DNA from: K189A clade bacterium
GTDB lineage: Bacteria; Pseudomonadota; Gammaproteobacteria; Pseudomonadales; Azotimanducaceae
Length of the DNA stretch: 64,000 nucleotides
Assembly: GCA_018607725.1 (NCBI GenBank)
Contig: JABBAY010000223.1
Coordinates: 3,367 to 67,366 of the forward strand
Direction: 5' to 3'
The notes beneath the pieces were generated by a model. It was not told where the DNA came from and did not search any database. It worked only from the letters and a program-made list of their open reading frames with translations. The position numbers and the translations under genes are program-made. Below, one piece after another: positions 35,206 through 48,124 of the stretch (positions are counted from its first letter, which is position 1; each line of letters opens with the position of its first letter).

Positions 35206-35396
35206 CTGCACCCGCGATCCGGGGTGAATTTTGAGCGATACGCCCCAGCAGGCAGGAATAAAAAGCATCTGATCGTCGGAAAAGCACTAAACCACTCGAC
35301 TAAGTTTGACGTAGAAAAGGCGTCGGAAAGGCAGGGATTGGGTTCCGTAGCAACGTTTCTAGCAGCAGAAACATTGGCCTTAAGGGATAATAAGCG

Positions 35397-35765
35397 GTGC
35401 TGAGAACAGTGTTCGCCCAGATGGTTATAATTCTGCTGATGGCATTGGTTATAGCTGGGTTCGATTGGATAGCGGCCTACTCGTTTGCCCTGGGAGGGCT
35501 GGTAGTGATAGTGCCAGGCGCGTTTTTTGCTTGGCGGCTAGGATACGAAGTTTCAAGCTCGGGTCAGGCACTGCGGTCTCTGGTCATGGGGCAGATAGGA
35601 AAGTTAGGCATCACGGTGGTTATGTTCGCCCTGGTGTTTGTTTGGGTAAGGCCACTGAATGCAGTCATGTTCTTTATGGCCCTGGTTCTGATGATGTTGG
35701 TGAACGTTGTTGTACGGCCGGTGCAAAAGGCGCCCGCCACACGGTCACGCTGTCAGAAAGCGTAG
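35397..35765 (+). CDS. atpI: ATP synthase protein I
   Basis: Small hydrophobic protein with 4 TM-like segments, first gene before atpB. GTG start. Confidence 0.75.
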   Translation: MLRTVFAQMVIILLMALVIAGFDWIAAYSFALGGLVVIVPGAFFAWRLGYEVSSSGQALRSLVMGQIGKLGITVVMFALVFVWVRPLNAVMFFMALVLMMLVNVVVRPVQKAPATRSRCQKA

Positions 35766-35780
35766 CAAGAATTAATCTGA

Positions 35781-36626
<846 letters not shown>

Positions 36627-36667
36627 TCGGTCGATAATTGAAACGTATTACTAACGCACTTTTATAA

Positions 36668-36943
<276 letters not shown>

Positions 36944-36979
36944 CGCGAACTTATCATTGCTCCACGTTGGAGGTGAAGT

Positions 36980-37450
36980 GTGACGATTAATTTAACCATG
37001 TTAGGACAGATGATCTCGTTCGTACTGTTCGTGCTGTTTTGCATGAAGTATGTATGGCCGCCCCTTACTGCGGTTATGAGAGAGCGTCAAAAAGCCCTCG
37101 CTGACGGGCTTGATAAAGCCGCTCAGGCTGAAAAGCAACTGGAAGCAGCGAATGATTCGGCGGCTCAGGAGCTCGAGGCTGCAAAGCGGCAGTCGGCGGA
37201 CCTGATTGCCCAAGCTCATCAGCGAGCGACGCAGATTGTCGAAGATGCCAAGGCACTCGCAGTCGATGAGGTGAGTCGAATTAAACAGGGTGCCCAGGCA
37301 GAGATTGACCATGAGGTTAATCGAGCTCGTGAAGGCTTGCGTGCGCGGGTCGGTGAGCTGGCTGTCGAAGGCGCACAGAGGATTCTGGAGAGTGAGGTCA
37401 GTCCGGCCGCGCACCAGGAGATGCTGAATAAACTCGCAGCGCAGCTGTAG
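36980..37450 (+). CDS. atpF: F0F1 ATP synthase subunit b
   Basis: One N-terminal TM helix followed by a long charged coiled coil. 156 aa. GTG start. Confidence 0.92.
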   Translation: MTINLTMLGQMISFVLFVLFCMKYVWPPLTAVMRERQKALADGLDKAAQAEKQLEAANDSAAQELEAAKRQSADLIAQAHQRATQIVEDAKALAVDEVSRIKQGAQAEIDHEVNRAREGLRARVGELAVEGAQRILESEVSPAAHQEMLNKLAAQL

Positions 37451-37459
37451 GGAAAGATC

Positions 37460-38002
37460 ATGGCTGAGGCAGAAAATACCACGATTGCACGTCCTTATGC
37501 TCGAGCGGCTTTTTCGCAGGCGCTTGACGATACTTCTGGGCTGACCAGCTGGTCGGGCATGCTGGGTTTGCTCAGTGCGGCGGTAAGCCAGCAGGCGGTG
37601 CGTCAGGCACTGGAGAATCCCCGCCTGACGACAGCGCAAAAGGCTAGCCTGTTGCTTGATCTCGTTGGTGACGAACTGTCTGACAAAGGTAAGAACTTTG
37701 TCACGGTCCTGGCGGAATACGGACGTATTGCGCTGCTACCGACGATTCGGGAGCTGTTTGAGATGATGAAGGCGCACCATGAGAAAACCATGGAAGTAAA
37801 CTTGACCAGTGCCTTTGAAGTCAGTGAGCAAGACACGGAAAAACTTTCGGCAGCCCTGAAGAAGCGGTTGCAACGTGATATCCATTTCTCGTCAACGGTC
37901 GATTCATCGTTGTTGGGTGGCGTTATCATCAGAACAGAAGACACAGTGATAGATAATTCTGTGCGCGGCAAGTTACAGAAACTCGCCCAGGCACTTAGTT
38001 AA
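37460..38002 (+). CDS. atpH: F0F1 ATP synthase subunit delta
   Basis: IARPYARAAF N-terminus and GGVIIRTEDTVIDNSVRGKL C-terminus. Confidence 0.93.
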   Translation: MAEAENTTIARPYARAAFSQALDDTSGLTSWSGMLGLLSAAVSQQAVRQALENPRLTTAQKASLLLDLVGDELSDKGKNFVTVLAEYGRIALLPTIRELFEMMKAHHEKTMEVNLTSAFEVSEQDTEKLSAALKKRLQRDIHFSSTVDSSLLGGVIIRTEDTVIDNSVRGKLQKLAQALS

Positions 38003-38149
38003 AGTTACTCGGCCGGTTTTGGGCTGTAGAGTACTTCACTAAAGGTATGTCGGGCAGGGAACGTTACAGGCAGTAGTCTTGACGTCATGCCGGCACACAG
38101 AGATAGATATTAAACTTAAACGATTTAACCTTTCCTTGGGGAACGGAGC

Positions 38150-39694
38150 ATGCAACAACTGAACCCGTCTGAAATTAGCGAGATCATCAAGCAACGTATT
38201 GAAAAGCTTGATATTTCCTCAGAAGCCCGGAATGAGGGCACCATCGTCAGCGTGTCTGACGGTATTGTGCGAATTCACGGCCTTGCCGACGTCCAAAACG
38301 GCGAAATGATTGAATTTCCCGGTAACCTTTTTGGTTTCGCCTTGAACCTTGAGCGCGACTCTGTTGGCGCGGTTGTCCTCGGTGATTACAAATCTTTGCG
38401 TGAGGGGCAGACAGCGAAATGCACCGGGAGAATTCTGGAGGTGCCTACAGGCCCAGAATTGCTAGGCCGTGTAGTTGACGCTTTGGGAAACCCGATTGAC
38501 GGCAAAGGCGCCTTGAATGCCAAAACCAGCTCGCCAGTTGAGAAGGTGGCACCGGGTGTTATCGCCCGGCAGCACGTTGACCAGCCTGTCCAAACCGGTC
38601 TCAAGTGTATCGATTCTATGATTCCTGTAGGACGTGGTCAGCGAGAGCTAATTATTGGTGACCGACAGACTGGTAAGACTGCCATCGCCATCGATGCGAT
38701 TATCAATCAAAAAGACTCCGGTATTAAGTGTGTTTATGTCGCAATCGGCCAGAAATTCTCATCAGTTGCCAATGTGGTTCGAACCCTTGAAGAACATGGC
38801 GCAATGGAAAATACCATTGTTGTGGTTGCTGGTGCAGCGGATCCCGCCCCGATGCAGTATATCGCGCCCTATTCGGGTTGTGCCATGGGTGAATATTTCC
38901 GTGACATCGGTGAAGATGCACTGATTATCTATGACGACTTAACCAAGCAGGCCTGGGCTTATCGTCAAATCTCCTTGTTGCTGCGTCGGCCACCAGGCCG
39001 TGAAGCCTACCCAGGAGACGTGTTTTATCTCCACTCCCGGTTGTTGGAGCGCGCGGCTCGAGTAAACCCTGCATATGTTGAGGCGCAAACTAATGGTGCA
39101 GTAAAGGGTAAGACCGGTTCTTTGACCGCCCTGCCGATCATTGAAACTCAGGCCGGAGACGTATCCGCTTTCGTTCCGACTAACGTGATTTCGATTACCG
39201 ACGGCCAAATTTTCCTCGAGAGTGACAAGTTCAATGCCGGCGAGCGGCCAGCAATGAACCCAGGCATCTCGGTATCCCGAGTTGGTGGTGATGCGCAGGT
39301 TAAGTTCATGTCAAAGATCTCTGGTGGTATCAAGTTAGCTTTGGCCCAGTATCGAGAGTTGGCAGCGTTCTCCCAGTTCGCATCGGATCTTGATGATGCG
39401 ACGCGACGTCAGCTTGAGCACGGTGAGCGAATCAATGAATTGATGAAGCAAAAGCAGTATGCACCGATGAACGTAGCGGAAATGGGCACGGTTCTGTTTG
39501 CAGCTAATGAGGGCATGTTGCGAGATATCGCCGTCTCCAAGGTGTTAGATTTTGAAGCCGCTTTGATCTCCTATATGAACGCAGAACATGCCGCCTTCAT
39601 GCAGGAAGTCAACGAGAAAGGGGCCTACACGCCTGAAGTGATCGATGCCATGCGTAAAGCCATCGAAACTTTTAAATCCACCCAGACCTGGTAA
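38150..39694 (+). CDS. atpA: F0F1 ATP synthase subunit alpha
   Basis: GDRQTGKT Walker A. 514 aa. Confidence 0.98.
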   Translation: MQQLNPSEISEIIKQRIEKLDISSEARNEGTIVSVSDGIVRIHGLADVQNGEMIEFPGNLFGFALNLERDSVGAVVLGDYKSLREGQTAKCTGRILEVPTGPELLGRVVDALGNPIDGKGALNAKTSSPVEKVAPGVIARQHVDQPVQTGLKCIDSMIPVGRGQRELIIGDRQTGKTAIAIDAIINQKDSGIKCVYVAIGQKFSSVANVVRTLEEHGAMENTIVVVAGAADPAPMQYIAPYSGCAMGEYFRDIGEDALIIYDDLTKQAWAYRQISLLLRRPPGREAYPGDVFYLHSRLLERAARVNPAYVEAQTNGAVKGKTGSLTALPIIETQAGDVSAFVPTNVISITDGQIFLESDKFNAGERPAMNPGISVSRVGGDAQVKFMSKISGGIKLALAQYRELAAFSQFASDLDDATRRQLEHGERINELMKQKQYAPMNVAEMGTVLFAANEGMLRDIAVSKVLDFEAALISYMNAEHAAFMQEVNEKGAYTPEVIDAMRKAIETFKSTQTW

Positions 39695-39718
39695 AGGCTA
39701 TAGCCGGACGAAAATGAT

Positions 39719-40582
39719 ATGGCGAATGCCAAAGAACTTCGAAAGCAAATAGGCAGCATCAAGAATACGCAGAAAATTACCAGCGCGATGGAAATGGTCG
39801 CTGCGAGTAAAATGCGTAAAGCCCAAGAGCGGATGTCTCGCGGCCGACCTTATTCCGACCATATTCGGGCGGTAATCGGCCACGTGGCAAACTCGTCGCC
39901 AGAATATCGTCACCAGTTTATGGCTGAGCGAGAGGTCAAGCGGGTCGGTTATATTATTGTCACCACAGATAAGGGCCTGTGTGGCGGCTTGAATGTCAAC
40001 CTGCTCAAAGCAGCATTGAAAGATATCAAGGTTTGGGTGGATCAAGGCGTTGAGGTCGATCTCTGTTTGATCGGCAATAAAGGTGCCCAATTTTTCCGCA
40101 GTTATGGCGGTAATGTTATCGCGGCCAGCAGCCATGTCAGCGAAAATCCGGCAATGTCTGATTTGATTGGTAGTATTAAAGTCATGTTGGATGCCTTTGA
40201 AAGTGGCAAGGTCGATAAGATTATTCTGGCCAATAATGTCTTCAAGAACACCATGACCCAGGTGCCGACGCTGCGCCAGCTGGTGCCGTTAGATGCGATT
40301 AAAGAGGAAGGTGTGTCGGCTCATCGTTGGGATTATATCTATGAGCCCGACGCTCGGGAGTTGATCGAAGGTTTGATTACTCGGTTTATTGAATCCCAGG
40401 TCTATCAGGCGGTGGTTGAAAATGTCGCCTGCGAGCAGGCCGCAAAGATGATCGCAATGAAAAGTGCAACAGACAACGCCGGAGATCTGGTGGATGAATT
40501 GCAGTTGATCATGAATAATGCCCGACAGGCAGCGATCACCCAGGAATTGTCAGAGATTGTTAGCGGTGCAGCAGCAGTTTAA
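39719..40582 (+). CDS. atpG: F0F1 ATP synthase subunit gamma
   Basis: [24 protein letters not shown]-terminus and [16 protein letters not shown]-terminus. Confidence 0.97.
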   Translation: MANAKELRKQIGSIKNTQKITSAMEMVAASKMRKAQERMSRGRPYSDHIRAVIGHVANSSPEYRHQFMAEREVKRVGYIIVTTDKGLCGGLNVNLLKAALKDIKVWVDQGVEVDLCLIGNKGAQFFRSYGGNVIAASSHVSENPAMSDLIGSIKVMLDAFESGKVDKIILANNVFKNTMTQVPTLRQLVPLDAIKEEGVSAHRWDYIYEPDARELIEGLITRFIESQVYQAVVENVACEQAAKMIAMKSATDNAGDLVDELQLIMNNARQAAITQELSEIVSGAAAV

Positions 40583-40616
40583 CCTGCAGACACCATCAAA
40601 AAACGTTTGAGAGTAA

Positions 40617-42005
<1,389 letters not shown>

Positions 42006-42029
42006 TTTCTCGTTAGAGGACTAGTTACC

Positions 42030-42449
42030 ATGGCATCAACTGTACATTGCAGTATCGTCAGCGCCGAGCTTGAGATTTTTTCGGGCATGGTCGAGATGGT
42101 TGTGGCTTCTGGAACCATGGGTGAGTTGGGTTTATTTCCCGGCCACACGCCATTACTCAGTGGCGTCAAGCCAGGTCCGGTTCGATTGCGCTTGGCAGGC
42201 GGCGAAGAAGAGATTTTCTTCGCCTCTGGCGGCTATATTGAGGTTCAGCCGATGTCGATTACAATTCTCGCCGACACGGCTATTCGGGCGGATGATATTG
42301 ATGAGGCGGCTGCCGTTGAAGCGCAGCAAAAAGCCGAACGGGAGCTTGCCGATAATCGTGCGGATATCGATTTTGGTCGTGTCAGTGCTGATCTTGCGGA
42401 GCAGGCAGCGATGTTGCGGACCATTCGCAAGTTTCGAGAGCAGCGATAA
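42030..42449 (+). CDS. atpC: F0F1 ATP synthase subunit epsilon
   Basis: 139 aa with the typical beta-sandwich plus helical hairpin sequence. Last gene of the operon. Confidence 0.94.
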   Translation: MASTVHCSIVSAELEIFSGMVEMVVASGTMGELGLFPGHTPLLSGVKPGPVRLRLAGGEEEIFFASGGYIEVQPMSITILADTAIRADDIDEAAAVEAQQKAERELADNRADIDFGRVSADLAEQAAMLRTIRKFREQR

Positions 42450-42495
42450 CCTCGCTTGTCCGTTGGTTGCTTGAGTGTCGAAGAAGTTAAAATGA

Positions 42496-42521
42496 GGGTA
42501 GCGTGAGCTGCCCTTTTTTTT
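42496..42521 (+). terminator. intrinsic terminator of the atp operon
   Basis: GGGTAGC / GTGA loop / GCTGCCC, a 7-bp stem with one G-U pair, followed by eight T (42514..42521). It lies 47 nt after the atpC stop. Confidence 0.75.
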
Positions 42522-42571
42522 GAGTTAAATGCCTATCCCTAGACTATCGCTGATCAGGTTAGAATAACGCC

Positions 42572-43930
42572 ATGAAGACACTCGAAGTTTGTATCTTGGC
42601 TGCCGGCATGGGCAGCAGAATGAAATCACCCCTGCCGAAAGTCCTCCATCCCTTGGCGGGCAAACCCATGCTCGGTCACTTGCTAGCCACCGTGGCGGAA
42701 CTCAATCCCCACAAAGTTCACGTGGTGGTTGGCCAAGGCGCGGAACAGGTCCAGGCGGCGTTTGCCGATCAAGACATTCAATGGGCTCTGCAGGCGGAGC
42801 AGCGTGGCACCGGGCACGCGGTTATGCAGGCGCTACCGAACGTAAGTGATGACTCACTGCTGCTGATCCTCGCGGGCGACGGGCCCTTGATCAGTGTCGA
42901 TACGCTGCGGACACTATTGCAAAGCGCTGCGGCGCTGACGGTTCTGACCGTTGACCAGGCGGACCCGACCCATTACGGGCGGATCATTCGGGATGCTGCG
43001 GGTGCGATCACCGAGATCGTTGAGGAGCGAGATGCCACCCCTACGCAGCGCTTGATCCGAGAAGTGAATACCGGGGTGATGCTAGCTCAAGCTGATCACC
43101 TCAGAGCTTGGACCGTGGGCCTCACCACCGACAACGAACAAGGTGAATATCTGCTGACGGATATTGTCGCCATTGCCACTAACGCCGGTCGGCCGGTCAG
43201 CCCAGTGAAAGCTGAGGATCCGGGCGAGCTGCAGGGCATCAATAATTTTGCCCAATTGGCCGCAGCCGAACGCTTTTGGCAGCGCCGTCGTGCCTATCAA
43301 TTAATGTTGGCGGGGGTGCATCTGCCGGACCCTGAACGGATCGATATTCGGGGTGAGCTCATCACCGGACGTAATGTTCATATTGATGTCAATTGTATCT
43401 TTGAGGGTCGTGTGGTGCTGGGTGATAACGTTCGCATTGGCCCGAACTGTGTCATCAAGGACGCCGAATTGGCGAATGATGTGCAGATTAAGGCGTTTAC
43501 CATGCTGGAGGGTGCCAGTATCGGTAGCCAAGCCCAGGTTGGTCCATACGCCCGCTTGCGTCCAGGCACTCAATTGTTGAGAGACGCGCGCGTCGGTAAT
43601 TTTGTGGAAATAAAAAATACCATCCTCGGCCAAGGCAGCAAGGCCTCACATCTAAGTTACTTAGGCGACGCCATCATCGGCCAAGGGGTGAATATCGGTG
43701 CAGGCACAATCACCTGTAACTATGATGGGGTGAACAAGCACCAGACGGTCATCGAAGACTTGGTGTTTGTCGGCTCCAATACGGCGCTGGTTGCGCCGAT
43801 AACAATTGGTGCCGGAGCGACGCTCGGGGCAGGCTCAACCATTACGCGAGATGTGAAACAACAACAGTTGGCTGTGGCCCGTGGTCGCCAGTCTGCTATC
43901 GATAACTGGCAAGGCCCTAGGGACAAGTAA
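42572..43930 (+). CDS. glmU: bifunctional UDP-N-acetylglucosamine pyrophosphorylase / GlcN-1-P acetyltransferase
   Basis: LAAGMGSRMKS N-terminal motif and C-terminal left-handed beta-helix hexapeptide repeats. Confidence 0.95.
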   Translation: MKTLEVCILAAGMGSRMKSPLPKVLHPLAGKPMLGHLLATVAELNPHKVHVVVGQGAEQVQAAFADQDIQWALQAEQRGTGHAVMQALPNVSDDSLLLILAGDGPLISVDTLRTLLQSAAALTVLTVDQADPTHYGRIIRDAAGAITEIVEERDATPTQRLIREVNTGVMLAQADHLRAWTVGLTTDNEQGEYLLTDIVAIATNAGRPVSPVKAEDPGELQGINNFAQLAAAERFWQRRRAYQLMLAGVHLPDPERIDIRGELITGRNVHIDVNCIFEGRVVLGDNVRIGPNCVIKDAELANDVQIKAFTMLEGASIGSQAQVGPYARLRPGTQLLRDARVGNFVEIKNTILGQGSKASHLSYLGDAIIGQGVNIGAGTITCNYDGVNKHQTVIEDLVFVGSNTALVAPITIGAGATLGAGSTITRDVKQQQLAVARGRQSAIDNWQGPRDK

Positions 43931-45760
43931 ATGTGTGGAATTGTTGGCGCAGCAACGCGTAGAAATGTTGCGGGTATTTTGCTAGAAGGCCTGCAGCGTC
44001 TGGAATACAGAGGTTACGACTCGGCGGGCTTATCGATTATTGATGCCGGTAGGCAGATCCAGCGTTTACGTCGGGTCGGTAAGGTCAAGGCGCTCGCGAG
44101 TGCGTGGCAAGCCAATCCTGTGGACGGCCAACTCGGCATTTCTCACACCCGTTGGGCGACCCATGGCAAACCCACGGAAGACAACGCTCATCCGCACCAC
44201 TCCAGCAATGATGTGGCAGTCGTCCATAACGGGATTATCGAAAACCATGAGCCCCTGCGTATCGCCCTCGAGGCTGCAGGTTATGTATTTTCTAGTGATA
44301 CCGATACCGAGGTGATCGCCCATCTGGTGCATCAACAGGTCGCCAGTTGCGATGATTTTCGTCTGGGCGTTGAGAAAGCATTGGCTAGGCTTAAGGGCGC
44401 CTATGCGGTGGCGGTCATTCATAGCGATTACCCATCGACGATTATGGCTGCCCGGGCTGGCAGTCCGTTAGTTGTCGGTCTTGGCATTGGTGAGAATTTC
44501 GTCGCCTCAGATCCCCAAGCTTTGCGCCCAGTCACCGATCGCTTTATCTTTTTGGATGAAGGCGAGATGGTCGAAGTGCAGGCCGACGGCATTATCTTTC
44601 ATGGCACGAATACCGCCACGGTTGCGCAAAGAACGGTGCAAATTGATACACGCATTGATGCTGCGGACAAAGGTAATCATCGCCACTATATGACCAAAGA
44701 GATTTTTGAGCAGCCCGAAACTGTCGCGGCGACATTAGAAGGTCGAGTCACAGCCAAGCATGTGTTGGAAAGCGCCTTTGGCGTGAATGCCGGCGCGGTT
44801 TTTGCGCAAACCCAGGCGATTCAGATCGTTGCCTGTGGTAGTAGCTACTATACGGGTTTGGTGGCGCGCTACTGGTTCGAAGAGATTGCGGGTATTCCCT
44901 GCAGTGTTGAGGTTGCCAGCGAGTTTCGTTATCGCCAGGTTGCCGTCACCCCCGGTACCCTGCTGGTGACCATCTCACAATCAGGTGAAACCGCAGATAC
45001 CCTCGCCGCCCTGCGAAATGCGACACACTCGAACTATGTGGCGAGCCTGTGTTTGTGCAATGTGGCGGATAGTAGTTTGGTCAGAGAGTCGGATTTAAGC
45101 TTGTTGATTCACGCTGGACCAGAAATTTGTGTGGCCTCCACGAAGGCATTTACTGCCCAGCTGGCCGATCTGTTGATGCTGGTGATCGTGGTCGCCAAGT
45201 ACCATGGTTTGGATGACGCCGCAGAGCAAAAGCTGGTGACCGCGTTACTCAGCATTCCTGCTCAGATTCATCAGGCGTTGGCGTTAGACGATATCATTAA
45301 GGTCGTTGCTCGACAGTTTGTGGATAAACAACACGCACTGTTTCTCGGTCGTGGTCCTCACTATCCTGTGGCGATGGAGGGTGCGCTCAAGCTCAAGGAG
45401 ATTTCCTATATCCATGCGGAGGGCTATCCCAGTGGTGAGTTAAAGCATGGCCCACTGGCATTGGTTGATGCGAGTATGCCCGTGGTGGCGGTTGCCCCCA
45501 CCGATGATTTGTTAGACAAACTGAAGTCTAACTTGCAGGAAGTCAAAGCCCGAGGTGGACAACTCATTGTGTTTGGTGAGTCGGATCGATTTACTGATGA
45601 GGAAGGTACGACCGTTATCCCGATGCCTTATTGTGACCCGTTGATCGCGCCGATTATCTATACCATACCCATGCAATTGCTGGCATATCATGTGGCGGTA
45701 GCTAAGGGCACAGATGTGGACCAGCCACGAAATCTCGCGAAATCGGTCACGGTGGAATAG
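43931..45760 (+). CDS. glmS: glutamine-fructose-6-phosphate aminotransferase
   Basis: MCGIVGA Ntn-amidotransferase start, two SIS domains, and the C-terminal AKSVTVE. Confidence 0.97.
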   Translation: MCGIVGAATRRNVAGILLEGLQRLEYRGYDSAGLSIIDAGRQIQRLRRVGKVKALASAWQANPVDGQLGISHTRWATHGKPTEDNAHPHHSSNDVAVVHNGIIENHEPLRIALEAAGYVFSSDTDTEVIAHLVHQQVASCDDFRLGVEKALARLKGAYAVAVIHSDYPSTIMAARAGSPLVVGLGIGENFVASDPQALRPVTDRFIFLDEGEMVEVQADGIIFHGTNTATVAQRTVQIDTRIDAADKGNHRHYMTKEIFEQPETVAATLEGRVTAKHVLESAFGVNAGAVFAQTQAIQIVACGSSYYTGLVARYWFEEIAGIPCSVEVASEFRYRQVAVTPGTLLVTISQSGETADTLAALRNATHSNYVASLCLCNVADSSLVRESDLSLLIHAGPEICVASTKAFTAQLADLLMLVIVVAKYHGLDDAAEQKLVTALLSIPAQIHQALALDDIIKVVARQFVDKQHALFLGRGPHYPVAMEGALKLKEISYIHAEGYPSGELKHGPLALVDASMPVVAVAPTDDLLDKLKSNLQEVKARGGQLIVFGESDRFTDEEGTTVIPMPYCDPLIAPIIYTIPMQLLAYHVAVAKGTDVDQPRNLAKSVTVE

Positions 45761-45860
45761 GTTTAACATGGGCTTTTTGTAGACGGGAAGAATATACAAA
45801 GTCTGCGTTAACGCGCTGACTAGACCTAATCCATGATGGCCGTATAGGGAATTCTTTACA

Positions 45861-48098
45861 TTGTTATTAGCTGATATCCTCGATTCATTGAATGAGTACC
45901 AACGTCAGGCCGTGTCTGCACCTACCGGTAGTTACCTGATTTTGGCGGGTGCCGGCAGTGGTAAAACCCGAGTGCTGACTCACCGAATCGCCTGGCTGAT
46001 TCAGACTCACGGGGTTTCCCCCCACGGTATTCTTGCGGTGACCTTCACGAATAAGGCCGCAGCGGAAATGCGCGCCCGAATAGAATCGTTGATGGAGACT
46101 CCCTTGCGGGGCATGTGGGTCGGTACCTTTCATGGCATTGCGCACCGACTGTTACGAGCACATTGGCAGGAAGCGAAACTTAACCAGAACTTTCAGATCC
46201 TTGATGGCGACGATCAGTTGCGACTGGTAAAGCGCGTGTTAGCAAGTCTTGATCTGGATGAAAAAAAATGGCCTGCTCGCCAGGCTGTTTGGTACATCAA
46301 TGCCCAAAAAGATGAGGGACTGCGACCTCGCCATATCGAAGATTTCGGCGATCTGTATATCAAAACGCATGTTCAAATTTATACTGCCTATGAAGCTGCT
46401 TGCGAGCGTGGCGGGATGGTAGATTTTGCCGAGTTGCTATTGCGGGCTCACGAGCTGTGGTTAAACAATCCCCGGCTGCTGGAGCACTATCAGCAGCGTT
46501 TTTCGCAACTCTTAGTGGATGAGTTTCAGGACACCAATACGATCCAGTATGCCTGGTTGCGCATGCTCGCCGGCGATCGAAACAACATTCTCGTGGTTGG
46601 TGATGATGATCAGTCTATTTATGGCTGGCGCGGCGCGAAAATAGAAAATATTCAAAAATTCACTACCGACTTTCCCGCCAGCGAAATGATTCGCCTGGAG
46701 CAAAACTATCGGTCGACAGGTTCTATTCTTAAAGCCGCTAATGGTTTGATCAGCTCAAATGCGGGTCGCTTGGGTAAGGAGCTTTGGACCGAGGCGGCCG
46801 ACGGTGAACGCATTAATTTATATGCAGCTTTTAACGAGATTGATGAGGCGCGGTATATTGTTGAGCGCATTAAGGACTGGGTCGCGCAAGGTAACAACTA
46901 CGCGGAGTGCGCTATCCTTTATCGTTCCAACGCACAATCACGAGTGCTGGAAGAAGCCCTGCTTCGCAGTCAATTGCCCTACCGTATTTATGGCGGCCAG
47001 CGGTTTTTTGAGCGTATGGAAATCCGTAACGTTCTGGCTTACATGCGCCTGCTGGGTAACAAGGATGCCGATGCTTCTTTCGAGCGGGTGGTCAATACGC
47101 CGAGTCGCGGTATTGGCGATCGTACGATAGAAGAGATTCGGCAGCTGGCTCGAAGTCAGAATATCTCCATGTGGCAAGCCGCCATATTGCTGAAGGACCA
47201 GGGCAAAGTGACAGGCCGGACCAAAAATGCCATTCAAGGTTTTATTACGCTGATCGAAGAAATGGATGCGGCAACGGCAGATTTAGAGCTTGCCGAACTT
47301 TGTGAAATCGTTATACAGATGTCTGAGCTGCGGGAATATTACGAGAAAGAACGGGGTGAGCGCGGTCAGGCTCGGCTTGAGAATCTGCAAGAGCTGGTCA
47401 CTGCAGCACGAACCTTTGATCCGGATTCGGGCGTCGACTTTGATGATCCTGACGAGATAGCGCCCTTGTCACTATTTGACGATTTCCTGAACCACGCCGC
47501 CTTAGAGTCAGGTGAAGGACAAGGGGATATTCACCAGGATTGTGTTCAATTGATGACGCTTCACAGTGCCAAGGGTCTTGAGTTTCCCTTGGTGTTTCTT
47601 GGCGGCATGGAAGAAGGCTTGTTCCCCCACAAAATGTCGTTGGAAGAACCGGGGCGGCTCGAAGAAGAGCGCAGGCTTTGCTATGTTGGTGTCACGCGCG
47701 CCATGCAACAGCTCTATCTCACCTATGCTGAATCTCGCCGAATCAATGGCTCGGAAACCTACAACCGAGTGTCTCGATTTGTCGGTGAGATTCCCAGTGA
47801 AATGGTCCAGGAAGTCAGAGCGCAGCAGGCCGTCAGTCGGCCTGCCTACACCAGCAGTTACAGTGACAGCCGAAGGATGCCCAGCAGAGTCAATACGCAT
47901 AACCTGCGATCGTTTGCCGATGCTGAACTGGGTGGCACTAACCTTAAATTAGGCCAGCGAGTTGTCCATGCCAAATTTGGCGAAGGTGTTGTGATCAACT
48001 ATGAAGGTGAGGGTAAGCAGGCCCGAATCCAGGTCAACTTCAACCAAGAAGGCAGCAAGTGGTTGATGATGGCTTACGCGAATCTGCAGCCCGTTTAA
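45861..48098 (+). CDS. uvrD: DNA helicase II (UvrD)
   Basis: GAGSGKTRVL, VDEFQDTN, LEQNYRS and MTLHSAKGLEF helicase motifs. The C-terminal HAKFGEGVV tail is typical of UvrD rather than Rep. TTG start is uncertain. Confidence 0.92.
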   Translation: MLLADILDSLNEYQRQAVSAPTGSYLILAGAGSGKTRVLTHRIAWLIQTHGVSPHGILAVTFTNKAAAEMRARIESLMETPLRGMWVGTFHGIAHRLLRAHWQEAKLNQNFQILDGDDQLRLVKRVLASLDLDEKKWPARQAVWYINAQKDEGLRPRHIEDFGDLYIKTHVQIYTAYEAACERGGMVDFAELLLRAHELWLNNPRLLEHYQQRFSQLLVDEFQDTNTIQYAWLRMLAGDRNNILVVGDDDQSIYGWRGAKIENIQKFTTDFPASEMIRLEQNYRSTGSILKAANGLISSNAGRLGKELWTEAADGERINLYAAFNEIDEARYIVERIKDWVAQGNNYAECAILYRSNAQSRVLEEALLRSQLPYRIYGGQRFFERMEIRNVLAYMRLLGNKDADASFERVVNTPSRGIGDRTIEEIRQLARSQNISMWQAAILLKDQGKVTGRTKNAIQGFITLIEEMDAATADLELAELCEIVIQMSELREYYEKERGERGQARLENLQELVTAARTFDPDSGVDFDDPDEIAPLSLFDDFLNHAALESGEGQGDIHQDCVQLMTLHSAKGLEFPLVFLGGMEEGLFPHKMSLEEPGRLEEERRLCYVGVTRAMQQLYLTYAESRRINGSETYNRVSRFVGEIPSEMVQEVRAQQAVSRPAYTSSYSDSRRMPSRVNTHNLRSFADAELGGTNLKLGQRVVHAKFGEGVVINYEGEGKQARIQVNFNQEGSKWLMMAYANLQPV

Positions 48099-48124
48099 TC
48101 TAGGCTTTTCATCAGGACATTATT

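Noticed and set aside
35185-35403. 72-aa ORF in the parB-atpI gap.
   Set aside because: It starts inside the predicted atp promoter, has no RBS and shows no family resemblance. It is most likely leader RNA.
45761-45860. A possible LexA/SOS box upstream of uvrD, and a terminator after glmS.
   Set aside because: I found no CTGT-N8-ACAG-type motif and no stem-loop with a U-tract in this 100-nt gap.
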